DNA of 64,000 bases from a virus: the IMG/VR virus record IMGVR_UViG_3300005805_000051, positions 32,001 to 96,000 of that record. One strand, 5' to 3'. Both the position numbers and the translations under genes were made by a program. The notes beneath the pieces were generated by a model. It saw nothing but the letters and a program-made list of their open reading frames with translations. It ran no database searches and had not been told where the DNA came from. Shown here one piece after another: positions 1-10,372 of this stretch; within the stretch, counting starts at the first letter, position 1, and every line of letters starts with the position of its first letter.

Positions 1-1858
1 ATTCTTTGATTGCTGCAACCAGATATGGCACTAATCCTTGATATGCCATGACTTTAGCATCGTTGAGGTCTTCGGATTCAATTGTGTGAACTAATTCGGG
101 GAAGACCCGTTCTACATCTTGAGCGATAAGGAATGACCGCGTAACATCCGCGTCATCACCCGTGAACCGCCCCATCACCGTGCGAAGAGTCTGTAGTCGT
201 GAAGTGGCGTTTGAAATTGGCTCAGTTAAAATCTTTGTCCGTTCATCGGACATCGCCGACCAAGCGGTGGCCCCATTAACTAACTGGACACCACCAGAAC
301 CCCCAACCCCCGGATTTGCATACGCTCGTAGTACTGGAGCGGCCCCTGTACCATAGACATCAATGACCCATGCGTGCGCCTGATCCGAGGCGCGTTCCCA
401 TCTAATCTCCCCACCTTCGATCGATGTATCTCCGCGACGCAACACAAACCCGGTTGATACACCTTCATACGCGACGGTGGCGGTCGTAGCAGAAGAGGCG
501 CTTCCCGCACTTCCCGTGATGTTGATGCCCCATGTTCCAGAAGCTCCAGCTCCGCCGGTGGAAGGCGCACCCACCGTGTTGTAACTGATGGTCTTACCCG
601 CACTTCCATTATAGCTGGTGCCTGATGCCTCACCAGCACCACCATTGTTAAATATGATGGCGTTGGATACTTGAGTTGCTTGCGCCGCGGTCGTCGCACT
701 AGTGGCGGTCGTGGCGGTTGTGGCACTTCCCGCACTTCCCGTAATATTAATGCCCCAAGTTCCAGAAGCCCCAGTTCCGCCCGTGGAAGGCGCGCCTACC
801 GTATTATAACTGACCGTGATAGCTCCCGATCCATTATACGTCGTCCCTGACGCGGCTCCACTTCCTCCGTTGTTGAAGGTTACCGCGTTGAGGTTGCTTC
901 CAAGTGTAACACCTGAAATGGTTGAGGCTGCGAGCTTACTGACAGCAATCGCAGCACTCCCGCTGATGTCTGCGTTAACGATACCTCCCGTCAACGACAA
1001 CTTACTATATGCAATCGCCGCGGAGGCGCTGACGTCTCCATTGACAATCGTACCATCAGCAATCATTGAACTTGTAACTTTTCCTGCCCCAATGGTAGTC
1101 GCTCCAGTACCAGAGATGGTCACATCCCCGGACATAGCAAGAGCTTCAATCCCACCGGTCGCATTCCCTAGTAACAACCGACCGGCGCTAGTGGTCGCCA
1201 GCTTGTCGTGCGACAACGATCCGGCAGCAATCCGTGCGGCGGGCAAAGTACCATTTGAAATATTACTTGCGTTAACCGTCGTAATGTTGATGCCGTTTCC
1301 GGTCAGGAATCCCGCAGCTCCTGCGCTTACATTCGACGTCGCATAGATGTTGACTGCGTTCATGTTACCAGCAGTGGCCGTCACATTCCCTGACGCAGTA
1401 ATGGTGCCAGATGCAGTGATGAACCCCGTGGCGATGACATTCCCGGTCGCGACATTGCCGGTCGCACTGATAGTCGTGGTGTTCAGTGCAGTCGTGTTGA
1501 CATTCTGTGTCGCGGTGATGTTCAACGCACCCGTGATGTTCGCGCTCAGTACCAAGTTGCGCGTCACCGACAAGGAGTTGCTCATCGTCACATCACCGGT
1601 AATCGCCACATTCGCATTAAACGTCGCAATGCCGTTGATGGTCGTATTTCCGTTAACGGACAGTACATTACTGGTCGTCAGATTGACAATCGTTGCAGTC
1701 CCATTCAGACTAACATTGCCAGTTGAAACGCTCGGAGTCGCATTCTGTGCAACCTGCAAATAGACGCTCGTGTTCGCAACATGGCTAATGAGATTATTTG
1801 TCGCATCAAACCATGTATTGAAACTATCGGTCGTCTGAATAATGGAAGGTAACGGCAT
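1..1858 (-). CDS. Tail fibre with C-terminal intramolecular chaperone (peptidase S74-like); runs off the window start
   Basis: Absent from the ORF track because no stop lies in the window. Manual translation from ATG 1858: MPLPSIIQTTDSFNTWFDATN... G/T/A/N-rich ...WSAMSDERTK...FLIAQDVERVFPELV...YQGLVPYLVAAIKE, with SD(E)RxK and IAQ(D/E)V..VFPELV S74 motifs. Confidence 0.85.
   Translation of the reverse strand, partial: MPLPSIIQTTDSFNTWFDATNNLISHVANTSVYLQVAQNATPSVSTGNVSLNGTATIVNLTTSNVLSVNGNTTINGIATFNANVAITGDVTMSNSLSVTRNLVLSANITGALNITATQNVNTTALNTTTISATGNVATGNVIATGFITASGTITASGNVTATAGNMNAVNIYATSNVSAGAAGFLTGNGINITTVNASNISNGTLPAARIAAGSLSHDKLATTSAGRLLLGNATGGIEALAMSGDVTISGTGATTIGAGKVTSSMIADGTIVNGDVSASAAIAYSKLSLTGGIVNADISGSAAIAVSKLAASTISGVTLGSNLNAVTFNNGGSGAASGTTYNGSGAITVSYNTVGAPSTGGTGASGTWGINITGSAGSATTATTATSATTAAQATQVSNAIIFNNGGAGEASGTSYNGSAGKTISYNTVGAPSTGGAGASGTWGINITGSAGSASSATTATVAYEGVSTGFVLRRGDTSIEGGEIRWERASDQAHAWVIDVYGTGAAPVLRAYANPGVGGSGGVQLVNGATAWSAMSDERTKILTEPISNATSRLQTLRTVMGRFTGDDADVTRSFLIAQDVERVFPELVHTIESEDLNDAKVMAYQGLVPYLVAAIKE
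500..875 (-). repeat. Internal duplicated module of the tail fibre (SYNTVGAPSTGG(T/A)GASGTWGINITGSAGSA x2)
   Basis: About 501-590 and 726-815 are near-identical, with mostly synonymous differences. Confidence 0.85.
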
Positions 1859-1860
1859 GA

Positions 1861-2139
1861 CTACTCCTGCGTCTTCGTCGGTTCAGGCGTCGACCGCGAC
1901 ACCAGTGTGGTAATGTGCTGCACGAGTTCTTGCAGTAACGATTCACAGCGGTCTAGCCGATTCGACATCATCGAAAATCGGGTTTCAAAATCTTCTCGCT
2001 GTTGCGTAACTTCCGCCATGCGCTTGGCGGTGCCGCGAGACGCGCGGGCCTTGAGTAACGCGGCTCGGTCTGTGACGACCAAGCCGCGGGAGTCCGTGTC
2101 TCGTGCTACCAGAGGATTGTCTGTCTGAACATATGACAT
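1861..2139 (-). CDS. Small conserved T4-like phage protein downstream of the VrlC-like gene
   Basis: LVARDTDSRGLVVTD motif with a coiled-coil C-terminus; TAAATA box 5 nt upstream of the ATG. Confidence 0.7.
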   Translation of the reverse strand: MSYVQTDNPLVARDTDSRGLVVTDRAALLKARASRGTAKRMAEVTQQREDFETRFSMMSNRLDRCESLLQELVQHITTLVSRSTPEPTKTQE

Positions 2140-2152
2140 GATTGTATTTATC

Positions 2153-5100
2153 CTATACGTCTAACGCAATTGCTCGTAGGTTTCGCAACCGTGGCACAAT
2201 CGTCGTATCTTCTGACCGCATCACAATCTTAATCGCAAAGGTACGGAACCGTGTGTATTCTACGCTATTGGATGTATACGCAGCGGTATTGGCAGTTGTG
2301 CGATACTCATACTCACGGAACTCACGATCTGTATTCGAGAATACATTTTCCTGCGTACTCTTGACCTGCATTCGTACCCAGTTCTTTTGATCGAAGGTTT
2401 CCTTGTCCCCTGTTGCTAACACTTTGTAGTAGACATCGATGTTTGTCGCGGGCGGGCGATTAGCAGAGACATAGACCTTGAGGTCTGCCGCTTCAAACCC
2501 ATCGGCGAGATTGACACGACGCGTTACATAGCGGGCTTTCTGCTCTCCGTAGATACTAACCTTGTTGCTGGTTTCTCCACGATATGTCAGCACCGGGGTC
2601 GTCGAGAATGCCCCAGTTGCTAATGTCGGGGCAGGAACTGTGATTGTTTCCAGATACCCGCTCCCATTAGTAGTAACATAGACATTCTGCACTTGTCCCG
2701 TGCTGTTAATGTAGAAGGTAGCTACCCCACCCGTGCCGCATTCTGCACCATTGGCCATGGTTCCTGTAATTGAAACCGTCAGCGTATTGGTATTCGCATA
2801 CGCGGCGTTTGCGGTAGCATCCATCTGGCCCGGATTTTCGATGATGACACCGTTACTATACAACTGTCCATTGTCGATGACATTTCGCACCGCAATCAAG
2901 TTGAACCGTGAGGTGTCATACATTGGAGCAACCAGATTGGAATCTGTTTTGAACGATACCACCAGTTGCAAGCTATCAGTGTTGCTGTTGTTGATACGCG
3001 CACGGCTGGTCAACGGAATATTCTGATCCAGTCGTGTAGAGAATGTTGACTGATAGGTGTTGGTTACTGCGTCCGTTACCTTCAACTGATAAGTGGCATT
3101 ATTCACCGTCTCAGGGAAATCAATGTGTTGTGTTTCCACATGATACAAATCAAAGAAGTAAGTACCGTTTGAATCCGTGGTTAGCAAATTACCACTACCA
3201 AACGGACGCAGCGTTGGCGTTTCTGCTAACTTGAACACTGCCGTAGCGGGACTCGTTGAAAAGACCGCCCGATTCAATACGAACATAAGGTCTTCTTCTT
3301 GCTGCGGTGTCCATGTGCGCGAGTTCTGCGACTTGAAGAATGAACCCGCATACGGTTGTTCCGAAATGCGACGGGTCGTTCCGATAATGTTCTGACCAAT
3401 TTCTCCGACCATAAGCTCATAATCAAAGCTGTTGGTCAGCACCACAATCGCGTACTCTTGACCAGCAGCTAAGTATACGGGATTTGCAAAAGTAAACCGC
3501 GTGTAGTGATCGGCATTTGTCGGATCGGGCGTCGTATTTGACGGCACCACATTCACGCTATATGCAATTGCCGACCCCAACACTTCATCCGCAGACGGGA
3601 ATCCATTGACAGTGGTTCGCAGTTGTACCGTGACCGGCACATTTCCGCTATCTTTACGACCAAAGAACAAATCCAAGCTAGTGATGTAGACCCCGGATGG
3701 ATTTTGTTGAGCATCCACAAGGAATGTCTGGGCTACGGGATCGATATACGCCCCCGGTGTCACGGTGACGCGTGTTCCGGCATCGGTAATACGAGTAGTA
3801 TCGGCTCTAGTTCCAGTTGTAGCCTGTCCCGAAATACTGACCGCAACCGTTGAAACTTTTTGATTCTCTACAACCTTTGTCTGTCCTTGCGCTTCATATG
3901 CGGTTTCGGCCGACATCTTTGCGACAGATGCAGACAAGTTATCTGCTATTTTGAAGATTCGGCGACCCGTATTAAATCGTAGCGAGGATAACGTGATTCC
4001 CTCGATACTTCCGTTGGCTAACCGCCGCAAACTGGATGTATCTGTGGTGTACCCATATCCCGGCAAGAAGAACATACCATATGCACACCCCGGTTGGCGC
4101 GAGCCGGCACTAGGAGCATTATAGGACATTTCTCCAGACAAGTTTGTAGTAAGCGGATCAGTTTTTACATTTCCAATACTGTACCGACTGCTTGCGGTCG
4201 GTGTTGTACTAAGTGCGCTACTGAGTGTGGCCACTTTCGTACCGCCATCATATGCGGTGATGGTTGCACGACTTCCTTCACCCGGTCCGTTAGTGACATA
4301 CAGGACTTGATTTTGGTAGGCATTTGTGACAGCACTAGCACCCGTATCTAAACATACAGATGTCGTGTTTGAACTTCCACTGGTCTGGAATCGACCCGCA
4401 TATGACACATATTCACTAACCGGCACAGCGGTGTGTGCGGTCGAGCGAAGGCTACTCAACGCGGCGGTTACATGAATGTTTTCACCAGACCCGAAGAAGC
4501 GACCACGCGGATTCACCACACGCAACACATTGCCAGTAATCGCAGCAATCACCGCTTGACCTGCATTTGATGCGGCGTTTGAAGTGATAGTTTCTCCGAC
4601 AATAAACGTTGCCGCAGCGGCATTTGACGCTAACCGCACTTCGCTTGCGCGTTCAATATAATTGGTGACATCCACTTCATCGAACGAGGCGACCAATGTA
4701 GAATCAGGTTTTAATCCGGTCGTCACAAAAACTACATTTGCTTCGCGAATCGTGGGAACAATATTGGTGTCGATTACGCGATCGCCCAAATTAGTTTCGC
4801 GCACACTGGTGGTCGCACTAATTGTGTTTCCCGTGCGTTGATGTCTTTCTGTCACGCGGGTAACACTGGAATCAATGGCTACATCAAACCATCGCGCACG
4901 ACCAGTTCCATCTGACCCCGGTCCGGCCACGGTTCCAGCCGCAACGCGAGTAAAGTCAGTTCGTGGCTGACCCACCACCGTGGTTTCCCAATCATTCCAC
5001 ACCGTACCAAACGATTTGGTGCCCCAATTGTCTTCTGCATTAAACAGATTGGTTGACACTTGAGGCGCACGGACCGTATCAACCCAAATATCACTGGACG

Positions 5101-8100
5101 GGTTTAATGTAACGCGACCGTTCCATGACGCAACAGCAAACGGATTTACATTGACCAGCTTGGAGGCCAGTGGTTGTGAAATAAACGAAGTCGTAGTATA
5201 TGTGGGAAGAATAAATGTTGATACTTCATTTCTAACGGGCGAAGGACGCATTACATTGGTACTTTGAGTGCTGTCCCAGTTTCCGACACGCAACCCTTGC
5301 GATACGAATGCCGGACGCAGTTCACGTTGCTGCGTGTCCATCGATGCTTGATAATCTTCATCAGATACATCGGCAATCGCATACGAGGCAAAAGGATCAA
5401 TCAAAATACCATTCTTAAATCGTTCAATATCATCTTCGTCCAGTTCAGGAGTCGCTAATGTGCTGTCTTCTAACTGACTCAACTGCACATAGTATTCCAA
5501 ACGTTCAATACGCTTTTCTAACCGGCCAATATCGCGCATCGTGTATCGGCGATGCTCTACTGTCTCGACTTGCACCAGTTCTGCATTCACGGTATATGGG
5601 GGATAGGTTACCAGATACAGCGTCATTGTGTCTTCTGAATCTGCCGGAGGTACCGGATTCACCGCAGGCAATCCGCGCACTACCTTCATCTGCTTGTCCG
5701 TCGTCAAAACCACCTTATCCACGCGACCCAGATAGTGTGCGTAATCCATCTGGAAGTATTCTTCAGGGTGCGGATAAAAGTTCTGCGTATCGAATGTCTG
5801 CGTCGCTCCCACATACGGCATATACGCGGTGTTCGCCAAGACGGTATTTGCTTGACGCGTCGGTCGGAAGTCCACATGGTCGCGTAGCTCTACCGTGTTT
5901 CCCGTTGCGGGATCAGTAAATGTCGGAATGTTTGCGTAACTGACACCGTTATAGCTGTTCGCGGTGAAGTATCCGCTGGTGCCGGTGTGCGAGAATAAAT
6001 CAACCACCACGAGCATCTGATTCGCGGTCGGGTGATGAATCTGCCCCGGCTTCAAGACCAACGCTGCGTGGTCGTAGCACCAGTTTCGCTGACCCGTATC
6101 CAGTGTATACCGACTTGTGACATCCACATACTCACTGGTGCTAGTAATCGCTGCATTTGCATTGGTGACCGCATACACTTTTTGCAGGGTCACCGCATCA
6201 GGTACGCCCAATCCAATCACTTTGAACGAGGCATTAGCGCGCACGGCGGATGCGTCATTAATCGCGATTTGTCCAACCGAGGTGTTGCTTACCAGATACC
6301 CCGTGGCATTAACCGTGCGACTAGTGGTATTTCCAGAAACGAATGTCTTGGTGCGGCGCACCGCAGTTAATGCGGTGTTTGAAGTGACTTCCAGACGACC
6401 AATAATGGACAGGGCGCCACCACCTGTCGCACTTGTTGGTAGCGTCAACGATGCGGTAGTGTATGGCGACGAAATACTCGTCGTCATGTTGTTTAATGGT
6501 ACTACCGCGCTAGAGTTTGCAATCACAAAACTTAAGTGACCTAATGTAGTGGTCACCGGATAGAATGTGGCGCCAGTCGGAGCAGTAATGCTATAGGTAT
6601 TGTGTGTAGCATTTGAGCTTGACGCGGCCGCTCCTGTCCATGTGTACATGGTGGAGAAAGTTTCGTCTTTAATCGATGACGGTGAAATCCAGTTTTCACG
6701 AATCTTGAAAAGCATCGGATTTTGATCCGTGCCCGTCATCGTGGTATTTCCGGCCGACACTAATCCCGTACGACTTTCAATTGCCACCGTCGCACCAATC
6801 ACAAGGGTATTTGCAGTCGTGACGCTGCGAAGCGCACGGTCGCTAAAGCTCACGACCACATTAGCAGAAGTGTTGATGCGATCCATCAATCCTGCGGCGT
6901 CCATCGTCAGCGTCAACGTTGCGCTGTTTCCTGTTGACGCAAACACCGATGTCACCACATCATAGTATAAGGTTTCTCCGTAAATGCCATAAAACTTGAC
7001 CGTTGCCCCATTAAACGCGTTGTTTGCTTGCGGAAGCAACCATGTTGACGAACCCGCACTGGAGGTGTTGTGCGTCAACACCACTTGCTTTGATGACTGG
7101 GTAACCGTAATCTTTGTCAAGCTACTGTCACTATTGGCCGCCGCAGTCACCTGATAAGTCTTTGTCTCAAACTCCATCCCCGTAAGATAGAGATTATACA
7201 GTGTATTTGCGTTACCATTTCCAGCGGAGTATACGAGCGACCGCACACGGCCGGTACCGATTCGACTATAGGGATACAGCGTGGCGGACTGTTTGATTTC
7301 ACTAAAGTCCACGCAGTGTAAATCTACCTTCTGCGTCGTAGTCAAATCAAACATGCCGTTTCCGCGTTTGACGCCCACAAACGGCCCAAAATAAGTGCTG
7401 ATTAATCCGTTGTCGATATTCTGTGTCGTGCGTGGGCGTGGCACCACCAACTTCGTAGTGCCCAGCGTTTCAAACTCATACCCGCGCACATACGCCTTGC
7501 CTGCACTCAGTTCCAGATTCATCAAATCATTGGAGATGAATCCGTAGGTGCTATTGGTAAATCCGACAGAAAACGCGTTGTTAACAGTCAAACTTTGCGA
7601 TGCATACGACCCGTCAACGGCGGTAATGGCGCGCTTTTCACCATTTACCACCAACACATCACCCGCTTGTAATCCAGTATAGAAAGTATACGCAGTGGCA
7701 TTTACGGGCGTGAAGCTAGAGTTTGAAACTAATGCTCCACTAAAGTTGGTCGGAGACGCGTTGACAATCAGAGTGCTGTTTGCGTTACCGGTCAGCGTTC
7801 CGATGCCGCTTGGTAGGTTGGTCGGGGGATTGTGGTCTTTCGCCGTTAAGACAAATGGGCGCACCACATAACTACCGGATTCGTCGAAGGTACGACGCGC
7901 AAGAACATCTTCAGTAATGGGTTCGGTTGTCGCTTGATTACGAACTTCTAAATCGCCGACACGCGCAATTTCAATGAAGTTTTCACTTGCATTCTGTTCG
8001 ACCTGCGTTGAGTTATTGGCATCAATCGTGCGGGTCGCGAGCGTCGCAGTCAACTTCAACCGGTCGGCGCCGGGAGCCGCGTAGTTTGACGAGTTTAACG

Positions 8101-8779
8101 CCGGATCTAACAAGCTACTGTCATCCAACGAAGTAATGAAGTCCTCGGACATTTCAAAGCCGATACGCGCCCGAGGTTGATTCGTCGACGAACTAACCAC
8201 CACTGTTTGTTGTGGAACATCAACTGCGTGCCCCAACAGATAGTAGGTACCAGCACGAACACTGAATACCGCCGCGTCACGAGTTACTACTGCACTGGGA
8301 GCGGCAGTCATCGTATAGGTCGTGGTGCCGACAACGATGCTGAGTTGCTCGTCCCCTGCAAAACTCTTGTCATTCATCGGGGCGATAATAATCGCCGAGT
8401 AGGTTTCGCTTGACTGCTGCGCGACTTGCACGACGCGGCCTTCTGCACCGCTGGTGCCGCCACGAACAATACCTCCGATACCCGTATTCGCGTTGTAGAA
8501 GTTCGCAATATTGACCGTCGAGTCCTTGACGAGCTGTAATGCGGTCACATTATTCGCATAGGTTTGTTCACCACCGACCAGCGCACGCCCCTCGGTATAC
8601 AACGAGGTCGCGAGTTGCTCCACTTGATTTTGGAGCATCGACTGAATTTGATTCAGTTCGCGAACCTGTACCGGTCGTTTGGTTTGAACAAGGATTCGAT
8701 GAAATCGCTTGGATTTCTCGAAATCATCCCAATACGGTTGACCGGCAATTGTTTCATTCGTGGTGTTAGAGAGAGGCAT
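2153..8779 (-). CDS. Large virion structural protein, VrlC/DUF4815-like
   Basis: PYWDDF..KRFHRIL, QVRELNQIQSMLQNQ, NYAAPGADRLK, LARRTFDESGSY, RRYTMRDIGRLEKRIERLEYY, DPVAQTF and C-terminal PRLRNLRAIAL. Confidence 0.85.
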   Translation of the reverse strand: MPLSNTTNETIAGQPYWDDFEKSKRFHRILVQTKRPVQVRELNQIQSMLQNQVEQLATSLYTEGRALVGGEQTYANNVTALQLVKDSTVNIANFYNANTGIGGIVRGGTSGAEGRVVQVAQQSSETYSAIIIAPMNDKSFAGDEQLSIVVGTTTYTMTAAPSAVVTRDAAVFSVRAGTYYLLGHAVDVPQQTVVVSSSTNQPRARIGFEMSEDFITSLDDSSLLDPALNSSNYAAPGADRLKLTATLATRTIDANNSTQVEQNASENFIEIARVGDLEVRNQATTEPITEDVLARRTFDESGSYVVRPFVLTAKDHNPPTNLPSGIGTLTGNANSTLIVNASPTNFSGALVSNSSFTPVNATAYTFYTGLQAGDVLVVNGEKRAITAVDGSYASQSLTVNNAFSVGFTNSTYGFISNDLMNLELSAGKAYVRGYEFETLGTTKLVVPRPRTTQNIDNGLISTYFGPFVGVKRGNGMFDLTTTQKVDLHCVDFSEIKQSATLYPYSRIGTGRVRSLVYSAGNGNANTLYNLYLTGMEFETKTYQVTAAANSDSSLTKITVTQSSKQVVLTHNTSSAGSSTWLLPQANNAFNGATVKFYGIYGETLYYDVVTSVFASTGNSATLTLTMDAAGLMDRINTSANVVVSFSDRALRSVTTANTLVIGATVAIESRTGLVSAGNTTMTGTDQNPMLFKIRENWISPSSIKDETFSTMYTWTGAAASSSNATHNTYSITAPTGATFYPVTTTLGHLSFVIANSSAVVPLNNMTTSISSPYTTASLTLPTSATGGGALSIIGRLEVTSNTALTAVRRTKTFVSGNTTSRTVNATGYLVSNTSVGQIAINDASAVRANASFKVIGLGVPDAVTLQKVYAVTNANAAITSTSEYVDVTSRYTLDTGQRNWCYDHAALVLKPGQIHHPTANQMLVVVDLFSHTGTSGYFTANSYNGVSYANIPTFTDPATGNTVELRDHVDFRPTRQANTVLANTAYMPYVGATQTFDTQNFYPHPEEYFQMDYAHYLGRVDKVVLTTDKQMKVVRGLPAVNPVPPADSEDTMTLYLVTYPPYTVNAELVQVETVEHRRYTMRDIGRLEKRIERLEYYVQLSQLEDSTLATPELDEDDIERFKNGILIDPFASYAIADVSDEDYQASMDTQQRELRPAFVSQGLRVGNWDSTQSTNVMRPSPVRNEVSTFILPTYTTTSFISQPLASKLVNVNPFAVASWNGRVTLNPSSDIWVDTVRAPQVSTNLFNAEDNWGTKSFGTVWNDWETTVVGQPRTDFTRVAAGTVAGPGSDGTGRARWFDVAIDSSVTRVTERHQRTGNTISATTSVRETNLGDRVIDTNIVPTIREANVVFVTTGLKPDSTLVASFDEVDVTNYIERASEVRLASNAAAATFIVGETITSNAASNAGQAVIAAITGNVLRVVNPRGRFFGSGENIHVTAALSSLRSTAHTAVPVSEYVSYAGRFQTSGSSNTTSVCLDTGASAVTNAYQNQVLYVTNGPGEGSRATITAYDGGTKVATLSSALSTTPTASSRYSIGNVKTDPLTTNLSGEMSYNAPSAGSRQPGCAYGMFFLPGYGYTTDTSSLRRLANGSIEGITLSSLRFNTGRRIFKIADNLSASVAKMSAETAYEAQGQTKVVENQKVSTVAVSISGQATTGTRADTTRITDAGTRVTVTPGAYIDPVAQTFLVDAQQNPSGVYITSLDLFFGRKDSGNVPVTVQLRTTVNGFPSADEVLGSAIAYSVNVVPSNTTPDPTNADHYTRFTFANPVYLAAGQEYAIVVLTNSFDYELMVGEIGQNIIGTTRRISEQPYAGSFFKSQNSRTWTPQQEEDLMFVLNRAVFSTSPATAVFKLAETPTLRPFGSGNLLTTDSNGTYFFDLYHVETQHIDFPETVNNATYQLKVTDAVTNTYQSTFSTRLDQNIPLTSRARINNSNTDSLQLVVSFKTDSNLVAPMYDTSRFNLIAVRNVIDNGQLYSNGVIIENPGQMDATANAAYANTNTLTVSITGTMANGAECGTGGVATFYINSTGQVQNVYVTTNGSGYLETITVPAPTLATGAFSTTPVLTYRGETSNKVSIYGEQKARYVTRRVNLADGFEAADLKVYVSANRPPATNIDVYYKVLATGDKETFDQKNWVRMQVKSTQENVFSNTDREFREYEYRTTANTAAYTSNSVEYTRFRTFAIKIVMRSEDTTIVPRLRNLRAIALDV

Positions 8780-8795
8780 ACTTTGTTCCTATACG

Positions 8796-10334
8796 CTAAA
8801 AGGACAGCACAAACCGAATGGTTTCAATCTGAGCAGGATCACGATATACAGGGGCTTTGTGGTCAACCACCAGAATATCTCCAGAGAACGGTGTAATGTC
8901 TGGTGCGGACACCGATTCTACCGCGGCTTGCGAACCAGATGCGGGAACAATCGGAGTAAACGCTTCGGGGGTTGCTGGAACCGTCGTTGCTCCGGCAATT
9001 TGTCCTGTCGCATTTCCATTTCCAATTCCCGAGATATTTATACCCGTTACAAAAGTGCCATAAACATGGGTGAGCTTCACTTTGGTTGCTTGGGATTCGG
9101 TGACCACCCCATAGGCCACCCCATTGGCACCTTTATCTTGGAAGACCAGCTCATTCGTAGTGAACAACCCTGTTGTATTTGAAATACCCAGTTCCCACAT
9201 CTGAACATATTCATCGCCGGTGGCAATAGTGCTGGTGCCATAGAGTTGGGGATTCCGAACAATACCTACGCGACGATAGCTCACCGCAAGAGGTAACTCT
9301 CCCGAAATACCCGTGGAATCTAACGTGGAATAAACCATGACCGCAGACCCTGATAATTCATGTTCAATGTTGATGCCATGGTTTGTGATATAATGAGTCC
9401 CGGTCGTGTTTGTGAAACTATTACGCGGAGAAATAATGGCGGCCGCGGAAGCACCGGTTCCACCACCCACACCATCAACAAAGGTGACGTTTGCGTAGCT
9501 ATAGTTACTGCCACGCAACACCATGTTAACCTGTTTAATAGACCCGGCGTCCACAACCGCGACGCCTTGTGCGCCGGTACCATCACCCGTAATAGTTACC
9601 TGTGTACCTTGACTGTACCCGCTTCCACCTTCTTCAACAACTACCGTGTAGATTGCACCGTTGCTGAACCGCGCGTCGTTGAACACGGTGTATTGGTCTG
9701 AACCGTCGTCGTACACATCCCCAAAGTTTGGGCTGGTGTTGTTGGTTTCTAATGTGCCGGCCACGGTTTTAACCGGAATGTATTCCGGTGTCAAATACTT
9801 TGTGACTAAATCGCCATCAATCTTATACAAATATTTCCATGTATAGGAATAAGGTGTCCCTGCGGTCGTAACCAACTTGGTCACATCTTCCAACCCTTCC
9901 GTGGATGGTTCTGCGATGCTGGTAGAATTGCCGTCAGGGTAGCGCCCGTTATACAAACACTTGAAGACTTCGTTGTTACTGTTCAGTACATAAAATGGAC
10001 TAGTTGCATTCGCATACATGACCGTCGTATTTGATCGATGATCATACATGTTGTAAATTGCTGCATTCGCCCAATCATGTCGCGGCGCGACCTGATACAC
10101 GTTATTTGGTGTCAAACGCACCAGCGCAATCATGTCACGCCAGTAATCAAAGGTAGTTTCTTTTACCGTGTCAGACGGGGTAGAAATTGCCGCAAAATTG
10201 GTGTCTGCGGAACTTGACCATGGCACGGAACGACCAATAAACAAGTAGAAATTATCTCCTTCTGCGGTTGAAAGAGCTTCCACAAATTCTTTGGCGTTTT
10301 TAACCCGATACTTGCGTGTAACAATTGAAGGCAT
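8796..10334 (-). CDS. gp8: Baseplate wedge subunit (T4 gp8-like)
   Basis: YLFIGRSVPW, VFKCLYN, YTWKYLY, PFSGDILVVD motifs; synteny. Confidence 0.85.
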   Translation of the reverse strand: MPSIVTRKYRVKNAKEFVEALSTAEGDNFYLFIGRSVPWSSSADTNFAAISTPSDTVKETTFDYWRDMIALVRLTPNNVYQVAPRHDWANAAIYNMYDHRSNTTVMYANATSPFYVLNSNNEVFKCLYNGRYPDGNSTSIAEPSTEGLEDVTKLVTTAGTPYSYTWKYLYKIDGDLVTKYLTPEYIPVKTVAGTLETNNTSPNFGDVYDDGSDQYTVFNDARFSNGAIYTVVVEEGGSGYSQGTQVTITGDGTGAQGVAVVDAGSIKQVNMVLRGSNYSYANVTFVDGVGGGTGASAAAIISPRNSFTNTTGTHYITNHGINIEHELSGSAVMVYSTLDSTGISGELPLAVSYRRVGIVRNPQLYGTSTIATGDEYVQMWELGISNTTGLFTTNELVFQDKGANGVAYGVVTESQATKVKLTHVYGTFVTGINISGIGNGNATGQIAGATTVPATPEAFTPIVPASGSQAAVESVSAPDITPFSGDILVVDHKAPVYRDPAQIETIRFVLSF

Positions 10335-10372
10335 GTCTGTATGTCCTCTACATCATTCTATTTATTGTCACT

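Noticed and set aside
500-875. Tail-fibre repeat pair as a DGR template and variable region
   Set aside because: Both copies are in-frame coding with mostly synonymous differences that are not adenine-specific, and no reverse transcriptase is in the window.
816-1763. Plus-strand ORFs of 176 and 138 aa, and the many similar antisense ORFs in the track
   Set aside because: They are shadows of minus-strand genes, with no SD or recognisable motifs.
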